This document shows, one piece after another, positions 1 through 14,244 of a stretch of DNA of 64,000 nucleotides (the first letter of the stretch is position 1; every line of letters starts with the position of its first letter). The notes under the pieces were generated by a model that saw only the letters and a list, made by a program, of their open reading frames with translations, searched no databases and had not been told where the DNA came from. This stretch comes from Podarcis erhardii. Taxonomy: Eukaryota. The translations under genes and the position numbers were made by a program. The stretch lies in NCBI GenBank assembly GCA_964252035.1, contig OZ176200.1; one strand, written 5' to 3'.

Positions 1-3000
1 ATAATCTGAGATTGAGAAATTGTGGCTTTCTCTGGCTTTCCAGTGAATCTATGACTGACTAGGGATTTTAACTTAGTGCTAACAGGACTGTACTAACACT
101 CATATTCCATGAAGCATTATCTGTTCATGCAGGACTTTTTAAACTTTAATACAGCTTTTACTGAATTGTTTCCCAGTTTAACAGGCTAGAATATTTTGGC
201 ACAGCTAAGTTTTAGAATGTTTGCCCCTCATGAAAGCTAGGAATGTGGTTTGGATTCTCCAAGTAGAAGTTCTCCAAGTAGATGCATACTTGAATTTGTT
301 GCATCACTGTTGTGTGAACATCTGGAGTCCAACTGATGTAGAAGCATGCAATAATACTGTTGCCTGCAGTGGAGGGACAGTGAATATTTCTGCAAGCTGA
401 GAATGTGGCTTAGTTTCAGCAAAGGGTAATCTTTGAAAACAATATTTTAAGAGCTCCACGGAAGAATGCTTCATAAGAATCTAATCAGAATCAGTGGGAG
501 TCCTTTTTACGAACTTGTGGCATTGGCATCTGACCCTTAGTGAGAAGCCTTTTTGTTTTGGGGATCTGATTGGCTCTCGATGGAAAGGAATCGTTTGATG
601 AATGCAGCAGCTGCAAACCGGAAGACCTGAGAAACCCTTGGGAAGCAGCCTTAAGCAGAGATGAATCGCTTGTCAGCTTCTTACTCTGCTCTTCGGGGGA
701 CCTCTAGGTCTCTTATAACCCCTGCTGCGTTAGGCCAGCTTCTTCCTTTGGCAAGTGGGAGCAAGAAGGGGGTGAAAGAAACAGCTGCTGTTCTGCTGCT
801 GTTTAGAATACCCAGGCAAGGAGGAGGAAAGCAACTCATGCTTCACTCTCCCTTGGGCCTTGTAAATTACAAGGTCAGCAATGGAGACCTTCTAGGAGAG
901 CAAGATTGCTGGCTGGAGTGGTGGAAGACAGAGGGGATGGTACATGTCATATGGGCAAGGAAGGTGGCTCTAGAAATGGGAGCTTTGATTTAAAAATAAA
1001 AAAGGGAAATCAGCAAACATGTAGGAGATGATGCACTCAGGCAATTGAGTTAAAGGGAACTTACAGCCAGTTAAAAGGCTATAAAAGCCTTTTGGCTTGC
1101 TTGGTCAAAACAGGAATGGAGATGGCAGGGATGGGAGATGAAATTCTGGCCATGTAGCTTCTCTAGCTTGTGTAACCTTTTCTAAGGTAACACTACCCTC
1201 TGAGCACACCAGACCTGCTGTAATTATTCCTCATAACTGCAGGGTGAATATGAGCCAGCTGGGCTCCAGGATTTCACTGCTCGGTGCAGCCAACAAGCAA
1301 ATTGTGATCATCTATCAAGGAAGAATGGATGGCGACTTCCCCCTTTTACATATGGGGGGGGGGAATAGCTCTCTGGATGTGGGGATAAAGAAGGCCCAGG
1401 GGCTGTTGTGTAGCCTCTAATATATCTGAGGTCCAGAGGGGAATATAACGGATGTGTTTTGGCAGACAGCATTTACACTATTCAGAGGGATTTCATCACA
1501 GAAATAGATCAATTAATTGCATATAACTCCAGCGACCGTGAATTCCACAAGAGAGCAATAGGGTTGTTTCCAAGCTAGCTGCACCCTCAGTCTCTTTGGT
1601 ATTACAAGCTGGCCACCAAATACCTGACTTTGCTCTAACAAACCCCTGTGTCCTCCCCCCCTCCGAAAAAAATATTATTTGGGGGCTGAATAACTTGCCT
1701 CCTTTGCTTGTGTTATTGTATTTCTCCATTTCACTACATGTGAAATAGGGTTGTAGATGCCTCCCTCAGTCTCATGAAAGAGATTTTGGGAGGTCGGATG
1801 CAGTTAATAGGCTGTTGTGTGCCAACAGCTCTACAAGGGCTTAGCAATTTTTTGGCAGGCGGCTCAAAAGTTATATGGCTCACCCCACCCCCACCCCCAC
1901 CCCCTTCAAAACATGGCTTCAAAACTTTGAGAGCAGAGTCTCCTTTAGAAATGGGAAGAAGGTCATTCTGCTCACAAAGTCCCGCTTGTTGCAAGTTTAA
2001 TCCTCAAGCTGTAGGGTGGGTTGCTGGGGGTTTTTGGTACCATTATCTGCCTTCCTCACAAACGTCTTGCAAGATGGGAAAGAATGTCAGAGCAAACAGG
2101 CCGTGGCTGTTCTGTGTTAACTTTGGGCAAAGGCAAGACAACGTAGCACAACAGGCTGGCCTTCTGTGTATCTCAGTGTGGCATTTTGGGGGGGTGTCAT
2201 ATTTCAAGCTCTCATTGTAAAAGACAAAAGTTTGAAAAATGTGCAGATCAAAATGCACTAAAATTTTTGTAGCCATGGGAGTAGAGAGGTGAAGATTGAC
2301 TTTGACCTCAGTTTGGTGTGCCAAGCTTCTGGGCCATACTCGGACTTCCTTATTCTCAGGCTATTATTCTCTATCCTTCCTTCAATCACCATGGCTCAAG
2401 CCTTAGTTTCTTCCTTGTCCTGTCCTGCCATGGCCCTTATCAAAGTATCCCATATTCTGTTGAAACCCAAATTGCATATATCCTACTAATTTTCAAACAA
2501 TAGGGCATATCTCCACAGGTGACATCTTGGTTTTTCACTTTCTAGCTCTTGTGTATTTGACCTTCTCATTTCTCATTGGACCTTATTTAGTCCTCATTGG
2601 TTTTCTGCTCATCCAGCATGTCTTTGGTTCAGTGCTTCAGGAGTAATCTGCCTGCAAACAGGACTAACATGCCACGGCCGTCAGAAGGACAGCTGACCAG
2701 ACCTGGAGCAAAAGGAATGTTCTCTGCTCCAAGGTGCCCAATGTCATTTGCTGAGGTTGGAAGCTGAAGCCTGAAGTGCAGCACACAGAGGATATTTTGC
2801 TTACCAGGCAAGAGTCAATTAAGTCCAAGCTCCCATTGTTTATGCCAGACCTGGCCATTCCCAGATGTGTCATGCTGCCCACTACTTCCAGGGGCTGATA
2901 TTGCAGATCACCACTATCTTCCTTGATCTGAGGCCTGAGCGCACACAGTTGCAGCCACCTGACCAAGCCAGGCTGCAGGTAGAGACCAGGCCAGGTGATA

Positions 3001-4639
3001 AGGTGGGGAATCAGGCCCTGGGCTCCCTGACACAGCACTGGGAAATGGTCCTCCTATGGCTTTTGGTAAAACTTCTGTGAACACTTCTGCTTTTAAGCAA
3101 ATTTCCAAGTGAGCAAGAACAGGGAAAATACAAGACTAAATAAGAACAAGCAATATGAATGATAGGGAGAGTGGTATAAAGTATGCCGGGCATTAGTTAT
3201 GCGTGAAGTTCCTCAGTGACAATCTTTGCAGCAAATTCTTATTGCTGGCAGTCTACCATGTAGTTGCATTAGCAATACATGCTGCCTTTAAAATAAAATA
3301 AAATAAAAATGGATCAGAATCTATGGGGTGCTTCTGAAGAGGTTGCAGAACAGTGTGTGCTACCCTGGTTGTCTATGTTTCCTTCCCTTTCCCCCCATTT
3401 CTGAGTGCCAGCCCAAACAAAATTGTTGTACAACAGCATTCAAGGGAAAGGGGGAAGCCACTGAGAATGCCTTTTTATGTGCCCTTGTTGGTCCACCTTG
3501 GAGAATGGATAGTAGTGAGATGGCAGCATGTGGCAGCTTCTGAAGCACCTGTTGCCTATTTTTTATATGGCACCATTGCTAGGAAACCTGACCTTCACTT
3601 GTCACGGTGATATTAAAGAGCTGAAATTTGACAAATCTTCACACTCTTGCCCCAAAGGACAAGAAAAATGAGGAAAATCCTGATATTAGATTGATTAAGG
3701 GGAGAGGAATCAGAGTTGCAGCTGGCACCTTCAGTAGACAGCTCTTGTTGTGTGCTGAAGATGCATCTCTTGCCTTGGCCTTTGACACCTGAGATGTGTG
3801 TTGTTGGGTGGAATTAATAACAATAATACAATGGAAAAATACAATGCTGTGCATGACTATCAGCACAGGGAGAGGTTCAGCAGAAGGGACTTTGCAGCTG
3901 ACCACCTTAAACCTAGAGCTCACTGTGCCCTAGATGGCATCTTGTGTTTATGCAATGGGTTGGAGACAAAGAACAGAGAACTTGCCTGTGGAGGGCAAAG
4001 GGTCAAGGTTTGGGTTTTGACAGAAATGTTGAAAAAGGTTTCTAAGGGAGAAACCCAGAAATGGGTTATTGTGGAGATGAGTTTCTTATTCTCTCATTAT
4101 GTGTTTTGTTGGGGGGAAAAGTGTGGACATTTCCAAAAAAGACTAGTTCTGCCAGGCATATGATCTGTAAGCCTTCGTTCTAAGTATTTTGTGGGGCAGG
4201 GGGCTGCCGATATGCTACAGCTGTTCACTGGCAAAGGAAATGCATTGTGCTCATGGTTAGAGGCAGTTTCTTTGCAAATTCTGGGACAGCCCAAACACAT
4301 TTTAGGTTTTATTAGAATGGCTTTTCTGTGCCCAAGAGAAATGTGTGTGTGCAGTTCCCTCACCTTGTGGGAAGAAGAGGCCTCGGGAGAGCACGTAGCT
4401 TGAAGGAAAGAAAACACACATAGGCAAAGTTAAGATGGCCTATGGGATTTTGGGGTTAAAAAAACCCCTCTCGCACACACCCTGCCTTAAAGTCACAGTA
4501 GTCTTGGCACCAACAGAAGGGGCTAGGCAGCAAAAGGAATTTGGAGACTGTGAGCCACAAAACCCAAGAAGTGGCAAGGAACCTGAGGTGGAGATGCAGA
4601 ATTTTAGGTACGGAATGAAACTTTGGTGGTGAATCATAC

Positions 4640-5010
4640 CATTATTTATTAAGATTTTTCATTATTAATAACAATAAATAATAATAAAGAATGAAGAAGA
4701 ATTAGAAATAAAATTAGAACAACTTAGAAGTAATTTGAAGTGTTAACATAGCTATCAAGAAGAAAATAGGCTTATTAAATTGAATGATACATCCCTAGCT
4801 CAAATTCTCCACACAAGTTCTCTACACAAAAGTGTGTCTTTTCAGCAGTTGCTCCACAGGCATGGTGATTCTCTCCCCAAATAGGTCTTTCTATCTTTTT
4901 TTCTTTGCCAGTTTTTCTAGAGGAATGTAAAGGCCTTTTCTTTATTATAACCCCCCTAAGCATTTTGGGAATAGAGTATTTTAGCTGCCTGTTGTTTGAC
5001 ACTGCTGCTT
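4640..5010 (-). mobile_element. Old degenerate L1 3' fragment
   Basis: The minus strand has a broken QAAKILYSQ segment resembling L1 ORF2 C-termini and an A-rich composition; no TSD. Confidence 0.4.
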
Positions 5011-5730
5011 TTGTAGTTAATCTGCTGGTACTCATTGTTTTAAGTTATTTTGCTGCTAGCTTCTTTTTGCAGTTCTTCTGCTTGTGGTTTATTGCTAATT
5101 TTATGTTGTATTTCGTATGTTTTTATTATTGCCTAATTAACAGGAAAAAACAAGGTAGATAGATGATGACGACAGTGGCAACAGCATTAATGATAAACTA
5201 TTTTAACTAATTAAAAAGGTGGGACTTGAGTCTGATGTACACTTGAGAGGTTGCAAAGCCTGCACCATGCACTGGGATGAGCAGTTTTTGAGGTAAGGCG
5301 AGGTAGGGGGCTCCGTGTTTGCATACTTTCTCCCATAGAAGTCAGTGGCAGCTATTGACTTTTACGTGGAAGAAAAGAAACAAATTCTGGTCAATAAAAC
5401 TGGGGTCAGGTGACATAGAATCCACTCTTGAAAGCAGAGAGTGAAGGTAACGGGGGAACTTAATAGAACTGTTGCCCAGCCTCCCTGCAGATAGTACAGT
5501 GCATCTCTGTGCAGAGGGTGCTGAGATGGACTGTCCCTCATACTGGCCAGTAAACATGTACTTTCGCTTCAGAATAAAGCCTCCCTCACACATTAAGTCA
5601 CGTTAAGGGAATCCACCCATTGAGGTGCCTCTGACCCAACCCCAACATAGAGCAGCTGCTAATCTCCATGTACCCCAGCAATTATTACATATGGCCTTTT
5701 GTTATAAATCTGTATACATCTATGTCCCTT

Positions 5731-5886
5731 GAGAGATAGCTCAGCCGGTAGAGCATGAGACTCTTAATCACAGGGTCGTGGCTTCAAGCCCCACATTGGG
5801 CAAAAGATTCCTGTGTTTCAGGGGTTTGGACTTAGATGGCCCTCACAGTCCCTTCCAACTCTGCAATTCTATGATGATTCGATGAT
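5731..5886 (+). mobile_element. tRNA-Lys-derived SINE with a CR1-type 3' tail
   Basis: Head gatagctcagccggtagagcatgagactcttaatcacagggtcgtgg resembles tRNA-Lys(CTT) but lacks an acceptor stem and has a mutated B box; followed by ggacttagatggcc...cccttccaactc...attctatga. Confidence 0.85.
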
Positions 5887-8800
5887 CTTTAAAAATGTCA
5901 GTATTCTCGAAGCATTTGATTAGGGAAATGTAAAAGTACTTTTCATTTCTCTTATTTTCAGAATGGTATAATACATCTTAAATTGAGTTGGTAGTCATTG
6001 GGTTGGTTTGCATTTGATGCCAAATCATGGTCTGGCTACCTTCAGGTTGCACACACCCTCTGATTCTCCCCCCCACCCATGCTCCTCTCATCTGTACCAA
6101 TTTCCCCCACCCCTGGATCCAACTGGGCTGACTGTGGTTAATCTGCAAGTCAGAATTAGAAACTACAGTTGTCATCAGGACTGCAGATGGGATGATAGTA
6201 GATACTTTAAGCGTATCTGCAGCGCCCCCGCCCCCAAGAATTACTGCTCCTTTTTGCAGATCATGAGCTGCGAAATTGGAGATACCATTTTGGTTTCAGA
6301 CCTAGCGAAACATAGATTTGGATAAACAATAGTGTTCCTTTAAAGCAGACATGTCAATTAGAAGTCCTAAGAGGTTGTAGTAAAAATAGTGAAGGGTAAC
6401 TTATTACTCTGTGTAGACAAGCATTAATGAGCCTTGAGTCCAATTCAATCATCTCTGGAGCGTCTTATATTTCACAAAGTTTTCTGCTTTGTGTTATGGC
6501 AAGGTGCTTTAGAAACAATTATTTTGTTTTGCTGATGTATCCTTTTAAGGATAATTGCATACAATATTTAAAAGACCTTTGAAAGAAGTTAGGAATCTTC
6601 TAATAATATCACCAAATTCAATAGGCTGGATTCAACTTACAAGTGGAAACCTGTGCAGGAACTTCTGCTATGGCAATGGGGCTTTCCTGCCCTTGACCCC
6701 ACTCCCCAATTGGCTCTGGGACATCTTGGAGAGAGGAAAAGGCTAAGGAGTAAACGCTACACAAATCTGGAGTGGAGTCCCTAGGACGGTTGGATGGTGC
6801 CTTGTACGCCTCCTTCTGGCAACTCCTGCAGCCAAGCTGGTGCCAAATGTATTGCTCTGCTTTCCTTTGGACCACATCACCGAGGCCTGGACAGCCCAGG
6901 ACCTCCATATACACTGCTCAGGCTTTTGCCCCAGGAAGGACACCAGTTCTTCTAACACAGCAAAAACAATGCAGGAGGCAGCATTTACCAGTCTCTGCAG
7001 CTACAGCAGGCATTGTGATTCTCCACTGGTTTGATTTCACCCCTGGAAGTGCACTCCATTGTCAACTGGTGTGTCTCAGTGGGAGCTAAGATGACCAAGA
7101 AAGGCATAGGCGATGGGCAGAAATTACCGGTACTTAGTCTTCTTCCTCTGACTATGGCAGGAAGAGAAGTGAGTAAAGTAGTGTCTGATAAAAATAAAAT
7201 AAAATTATGAGACTTAAAGTTTTGAGCCAGGCAGATCAGAAGACAGAAAATTGAACTGGAGATCTGGAACATCTCAGGATGCAGCCTGCTCCACTGAAGC
7301 TGATGTGGAGACAGATGAATGTTGAGTGTCTGTTGGAGTTGTTAAGCAGAACTCTTCCATCTATGCTCACCATGTATAGCTGAAAATGAATACAAACATT
7401 ACAAAATGTCTTAAGCCCCAGTGACTTCATGCCAAAGAAACACAAAAATGGGTAACTGCTCGCACCTGAAATTTCACATCGCTCAGAGAACTGGGACATT
7501 TGGGCAAGTGCAGCAATTTAATCTGAAGTCAATGAAAAAGTTGCATGCTGAATACACAGTGCAAATATTGTATTGGCAATTTGTTCATCTTAACCCATGA
7601 TTTAAATGCCTGGTTAATTAAAGGAATAAGTCTGTACATTGAAACAGGCAGCAAAGGGTTGACGTTGGGTTAGAAAGGAAAGTTTTCTTTAGAAGATTCT
7701 TGTAGCATAGGTCTTGGAATAGCTTGTTTTCATCCTTCACCCCAATTTATTTATTGTTTTAATAAAATGGACTCTTGTGCACCATAACAGTAGTTTGAAG
7801 AATGCTTTCATCTATGGGCAAAGAGTTAAGCCAGATATTCTGAAATCTACAGCCCAATAACTACAAATGTCAGCATGAGCTAGACTTGTTCATTTAGGAG
7901 AGAGAGAAAATCCTTAACAGGTGTCTTGGATGATGTGTAGTTTTCCAATTTACAGTCCTTATAACCTCTCATTTCCTCAGGTTTATAATCTAGGCTTTGA
8001 AGAAGAGCTAGCCAGTCAAAAGCTCCATAAAAATTTCATGCAGAAGATGCAGAAGTGCTTAGTGCAGCCTTCAGTAAAGATGGAAGGTTGAAGGAGGTAC
8101 TCCATACTTTGCAGGATCAGAGCCATGCTTACTGCATGTAAATGTCATTTGGATGTAAACCTTAGTGGTAAAATAAATGTTTGGAATCCTCCAGAGGGAT
8201 ATAGATAGAAGTCTGTTTACCAAAAGCACTCAGAATCTATAGCTCCCATTGACTCTTTCAGAACAGAGCAATTCTAAAGATCCAAGAAAATGGCTAAAAT
8301 TAAGGCAAGAGAAACAAGCTGATCATTAAGGTAGTGTTGATGTCTGTCAGTCCATGGAACCGCTGATGTTTGTTATAACAGAGAAATAAATGAAACAACC
8401 TGCCTTGTAAGAGCAATATAAGGAATGTCAGCAGGAGCATGTGGTGGGCTAGACAGTTTCTGTATCTTCATAGCTCTCACTGCCAGAAGGGACTATTATG
8501 GTCAATTATTTTGACCTTCTGCATGGCACAGGTCAGAAGATTTTCTGTCAGTAATTCCTGCAGCAAGCCCATAGGGCTCTTCTCTCTCTTGCAGCTCTGA
8601 TTTTATAGCAGGGAAGAGATGGAGAGAAATGGAAAAAATGCAAGCACAACATTTTTCAAAGGCACAGAAAGAGAGTGACAAAGGAGGCAGTGCCCATTGC
8701 ATTTGTGGCTTATGCACAGGGGTCTGTGGAATAGATAGAGGCAGAGTGTATAGCAAAATGAGCACTTTGGTGAGTGATGAACGTGTTTCAGATTTCTGCT

Positions 8801-11640
8801 CCATCCTTTTCTCTCATGGAGGGCAGCCTGAAAAACTAAAGTAAGTGTCTATTTATATATTTGTTGGAATGTATCCACTCCCTCCTTTTCTACTGTGCTA
8901 GAGTACGGTCCAGTTTTTCAAAGTCTTGCAATCCTCCCACTGCCCTAATCCTATTCAGGCACTTGCTTCCTATGTTAAATCAACATGTGATGGGAGAGAA
9001 TGGGGATAAAGTGCACCAACTCTGTCCTGCGGTAGTTATTGGCAGCACTGTGCTGCTTACCTGACCCCCTATCACTGTCATCACTGTGATGTACCAGGAA
9101 GGGTGAGGAGCAAGGTAGTGATGAGGTCAGCATGGTGCAAGCACACCAACAGCAGCACCAGATAGATTCCATAAGTGCATACGCATAATGCCCATCTCAA
9201 AGCCACCTTACTCCTTCCCTTCCTGAAATGCCGCAGTGACAGCAGTGATCAAGGGTCAGGCAAGCATCTCTCCCTTGCCCTGATGACTGCCACTGCTGCC
9301 CTGGTCACCCTCCAGAAGCTGGAAGGTGATTGTCTGCAACAGGGAGCCTGGTGTGCTCATGTAAGTGCCACACACAATGTTAAACCCTGACAGTCTCCTT
9401 CTAACTCATAGAGGATAATGGGGGTGGGGACAGAGAAAGCAGAGTTCAACGAATGCCTAAATATGGATCCTGACTGTGCATAATACTGGCTGGACTTGCT
9501 TGCAGAATAAGTTGCAATAGATAGTAAGTTAAATGGTGACGGAGGTGTGCACTGTTTGCATTGAAATGCCCTTAGGCATCCTAATGATAAGACAGGATGA
9601 GAAGTACAGAATGGATACATAGCTAAATTGCCCCCTAGCTGTTAAGTGTTTCATAAATCAAAGCCAGCCGCCTGAATTGTGTCTGGGATCCCATAGAGAA
9701 ACAGTGCAAGTTCTCACTGGTGTAATATGCTCCTGCTGCCTAGTTTCATCAAGGGATGGCTTCGCTCTGCAGCAGTTAGCGCTCTCTGACGATTATCAAG
9801 GGCAGCAGCGTGCTGAGTGTATTACATTGTACTGTGACAAAGAGAAGGTATGAGCCATGCCACCAGATCTATATCCAGCTTTCTGACCAGGTGGACCTGG
9901 TGAAAAGCATGTCTGACCAATGCTATAGGTTAACCCTCCAGACTGAGCAACAGGCCTAGGAGCACCCCAGCACTACAGCCTTGAATGACAATATGAAATC
10001 TTCACTACTGTCTCTTTTCCCCCTCCATTGGGGGGAGAGAAGCTTGCATACTTCTAGACCAGTAGAAGGTTATCTAAATCAAAAACAACAGCTACGACTA
10101 CATCTTATTTTTTATCTTTTGGGAAATCTGACAGTGGTATTGAAAAGTGGAAGCATTGTCCCAATTTACTATAGACCATCCTAAGACTGATTTAACTAAA
10201 CTTCAAGTGACAGCTTTTGTGCGGGAATCACAGATTGATCACTACAGATAACAGCTTTTCATTTCGTGTGATTTCATCTCAAACACAATACGTTTCAATG
10301 ACCACAGATTAATCAAAAGTTGATTAAAGTGGAATAAAGTGATAAGAAACTGCATAAGTGGAGATCAAGTGCTGTGCATGGCTATTTACTTGACACAGCC
10401 CCTGGTGCTGTGTAAGCTCGGGCAATGTATATTAATTGAGAAGTACCTTAGTTTACTCCAGGCAGTACTCAGACCACAACAGCAATTTCTGTGAAGAACT
10501 TTGGCCTACTAACATCACTGGGGCTACATGTTTGCTCAAGCAAAATTAATTGGGGCCTCAGTTGCAAATACAACTAGAGGCTGTCTCTTGAAGAAGAAAA
10601 AACCTGTTTTGTGTTAACGTAAGTTCAGAGTATTGTAGCTGAGAGGTAGCCAACATGCCGAAGGCTATAAGATCCCCAGAGTTTGCTCTTGGAACTTTAA
10701 ATAATTTAAGAACTTAAAATAATTTTTTTTAAAAAAATATGATGTTGAATAGCTAAAATATTGCCTTAAATAGGCCCTAAAGTATAGGACATTAAGTTCA
10801 ACAGGTTCCTAAAACCCTAGTGCTGTGAACTGCCTTTGCATCAGCACAGCAGCAACATATGGGATGAGGTTTAAGAGTGCCGGGGCCAGAGAAATGTTGT
10901 ATGATGGCAGCCTTTACCTTCATATCCTGAGCAGCTCCAGGCTGAATTTTTGTCCTAAACCTGCAGTTTTATAAGATTTTTGGACGGGGTGGTTGTGGTG
11001 GTATGTGGTACAAAAGCACAGAGGTCCCCTGTTGTTTGTCGGACCTCAACACTAAGAGGTTAGATATATTTTTAAAGCCCCAATCCTGGCTTTTTTAGGA
11101 AGAAGGTACTTACCTAGCTTTCTCCCAAAGTGATATAATTCCATGTAACATGATGCTGATGATCATGTATTTCAGCTTTCAGTGAAAGTGTTTTGCTGAT
11201 GGTCGGGATCTGCCTCTTGAAGACCAGAAAGTAGTTTTCCCCCCAGGCCTGCTTGAGTTGCAGCTCTATTGGAGGGTATTTGTGGAGCATGGAGTAGTGC
11301 TTTTCCCTGCAGTATTTTTTTGCCTTGCTTGTGCAAGCCATATGAAGCTGCTTGCTTAAACATGCACCCTTCTTCATGCATCTGGTTCTGACTGCATGAT
11401 GATAGATAATTTCATGGGTTACATAGTTTGATATATGTGGGACAGTTGGGTTCTCCTATGGGTTTTTTGGTTGCTTCCACTATTATAGGTCCATTCAGGG
11501 CCAAAGTAAACTTGGCATTAAACTCATTAAATTTCAAGTGCAAATAATAGCTTCAGAGCAGAGAGATTTTCTTTACGACTGCAAGAAAGAATGAGATGGT
11601 TCAGTTCCTCCTCACTGCCTGCTACAATCTTGATAATAAG

Positions 11641-11969
11641 GTTTAGGGGAGCTTTTAATGTTTGGTGTATTTCAGTATTTTAATACAGTGGTACTTCGGG
11701 TTAAGTACTTAATTCGTTCCGGAGGTCCGTTCTTAACCTGAAACTGTTCTTAACCTGAAGACCACTTTAGCTAATGGGGCCTCCTGCTGCTGCCGCGCCG
11801 CCGGAGCACGATTTCTGTTCTCATCCTGAAGCAAAGTTCTTAACCCGAGGTACTATTTCTGGGTTAGCGGAGCCTGTAACCTGAAGCGTATGTAACCTGA
11901 GGTACCACTGTATTTTGTTGGAAGCTGCCCAGAGTGGCTGGGGAAGCCCAGCCAGATGGGCGGGGTATA

Positions 11970-11975
<6 letters not shown>
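11641..11975 (+). mobile_element. L2 3' end split by the Tc1/mariner MITE
   Basis: Joining the flanks of the 11686-11910 MITE gives ttttaatgttt...ttttgttggaagctgcccagagtggctgggg...gggtataaataata, matching the 25.2 kb L2 tail. Confidence 0.75.
11686..11910. mobile_element. Tc1/mariner (pogo/Tigger-like) MITE, copy 1
   Basis: TIRs CAGTGGTACTTCGGGTTA / TAACCTGAGGTACCACTG (16/18 match); TA TSD at 11684-11685 and 11911-11912; repeated subterminal TAACCTGAA motifs. Confidence 0.92.
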
Positions 11976-12043
<68 letters not shown>

Positions 12044-12050
12044 TATCATC
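11968..12050. repeat. Compound microsatellite (AAT)n(CAT)n grown from the L2 tail
   Basis: Directly visible. Confidence 0.97.
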
Positions 12051-14244
12051 ACACACACCATTGATGCTTAAAAACAACAACCCTGCATGTTAAATGCAGA
12101 AACACAATTAACATGAGGTTTGGCTGCCACACTCATGTGCTTCCAATTGTTTCTCAACTCATAACATCCCATTCTCAAAGTCACTGAGGTCTAGTGAACA
12201 TGGAACAATAATGCTGTGAATGCCATTCTGAATCATTCCATGTGGCAGTTCTTGCCATGTGTCAAGCTTTTTGAGTGCAGCAGCTCCACAATGATGTGGA
12301 CAAATTCCTCTCTCCACCACCTGGTAATGATCCACATGGTAATTTGCAGCACACACAACTTGCCACATAAATTGGCAGCGTGGAGAGCAATTTAAAACAG
12401 CCCCCATGTCTCAGCCCCCAGCAGAGACTGGGGTCTGAGTGCTATGCCTTATGCCATTGGGATCTCAGAAGAACCCTTAAGTGATCTAATGCAAGGACCA
12501 GAGGCATTGACTAGGCAAATCACAAACTCCTTGATCTAACTGACAGTCCTGCAATCACCCTATCCTTTTGACCTCTAGTGCCGCTGTCCATGGTAGTGGC
12601 TGCAAATCTTTTGACTCTGATCAGCACTGATCCGCCAACACTCTTCAGGGACAATCACAAAAATCAAGGAGTCAGTGTGGGTACCATGTAGCAGGAAAAT
12701 GCACAGAACTTTGTGAAACATAAGCCCCCTTCATGCCTACAAAAACCCCACGTGTCCCAAACTGGAAGAAAATTAGGAGAAAGGGCTGAGGAGTCTATCA
12801 TCAGCTGATGGGCAGAGATATAAGTCACAACGGGCCTTGAAACTGGTAGTTGGAGAGTAATGAATTATGAGAGCAAGCCAAGAGAGGATTTTGAAAGAGT
12901 AAACGAGTAAGCGGTCTACGTGTATTCATCTTGAAGAGCAGGAGAGACAAATTAGTTTTAACACATAATTTCTGGGTATATTTCAGAAAAGAGGGAAGTT
13001 TGGTTATTTGCACAGCAAGCTAGCATTTAGAACACTAATTGCAACAGAGCTCTAAGATCTGTTCTGTGTACAGTGGGGAAGCTATTTCCACCTGGTGTTT
13101 CTTATGTTGGTGAATTTCAGTAAATACATATGTGGTTATTGCCATGCCTGTAATAAACAGAAGCAATGGTGTATTCCTACCCTTTCAGACTAGTACTCTG
13201 TGTAACACAGAACTAGTCCGTGGCATTCATTTGCACAGTATGTAGCAATGAAGACAACTACAGATAACGTTAAAAGTGCATTGGGTGAATTTATGGAGCA
13301 TAAGCCCTATCAGTAGTTTCTAAGCTAACACTAAAAGCAGAAGCTCCACATTTAGAGGTAGTTCACCTCTGATCAGATCAACAGATGAGAGATAAATGGA
13401 GATGACTATCTTTATCATGTCCTGCTTGTGAGCTTTTCATAGGTATCTTGAGCAATCACCCTTGAAGACAAAATGCTGGAAAATAGGCTTGTCCTGATCC
13501 AGCAAGGTCATTCTTATGTGTTTTCTGCCCTTTCCCTACCTGCATGTATATGCAGATTGGGGTTCTAACACATTGTTTGTACAAGTCATGGAAACAGGGA
13601 GATATGGGGAGGGGCTTGGCTTGGCTTGGCTTGGCTTCTATAACATTTGTCTCTTCTTTTTCAGCAGACTAGTTTTAAACTTCCTTTTTGGCACTAAAGC
13701 ATTGAACTGGAAGCGAGTGAGGCTCTCATACAGATGTGCCTTTGCATTTTAAGTAGGATGTAAATTCATCAAATGAGATTTGATAGTTTTATTCTGCTTG
13801 CTGATCTCTTGAAAACCTCACACCAAAGGCTGCATAATGGAAACTGGATCCCCAGAGGTTTTACTTTAATTTATTTAATAAATGGCACCTTTTCAGAAAG
13901 TCTGGGTCTAGTTTTGAATTCTGTGCACTTACCACAATCACGTTACAAGCTCTGGGAAACATTTGGCCTTAGGAATCTGTGTCTCAGCTCTCCATTCCAT
14001 TTTCATTGCCTTATTACAAGGACAAATATATTGGGGTTTTTTGAGGTTTGATAAGAGTTCACCCTTAGTAGCATAACGTTATTTGAAGTCATTTTGGGGA
14101 AAGGGGTGATTAAAAGAAAACATGTATCTGCACTACTCTGTTCAGCACCTGCAAATAATATGAGAGAGAGAGATCAGGGATCATAGGAATGCTTGTCTCC
14201 AAACAGCAATCTCATCGTGAATTCAGTGTTTCAAGATATTTCAG

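Noticed and set aside
4905-5162. 85-aa very hydrophobic ORF resembling a membrane protein
   Set aside because: Starts at a non-ATG codon and is the T-rich antisense of an A-rich, probably L1-derived stretch; no family motif.
5731-5805. tRNA-Lys(CTT)-like sequence as a real tRNA gene
   Set aside because: No acceptor stem, mutated B box, and fused to a CR1-type tail: it is a SINE head.
11853-12080. Poly-Asp/Ile and poly-Met/Leu ORFs
   Set aside because: Translation of the (AAT)n(CAT)n microsatellite.
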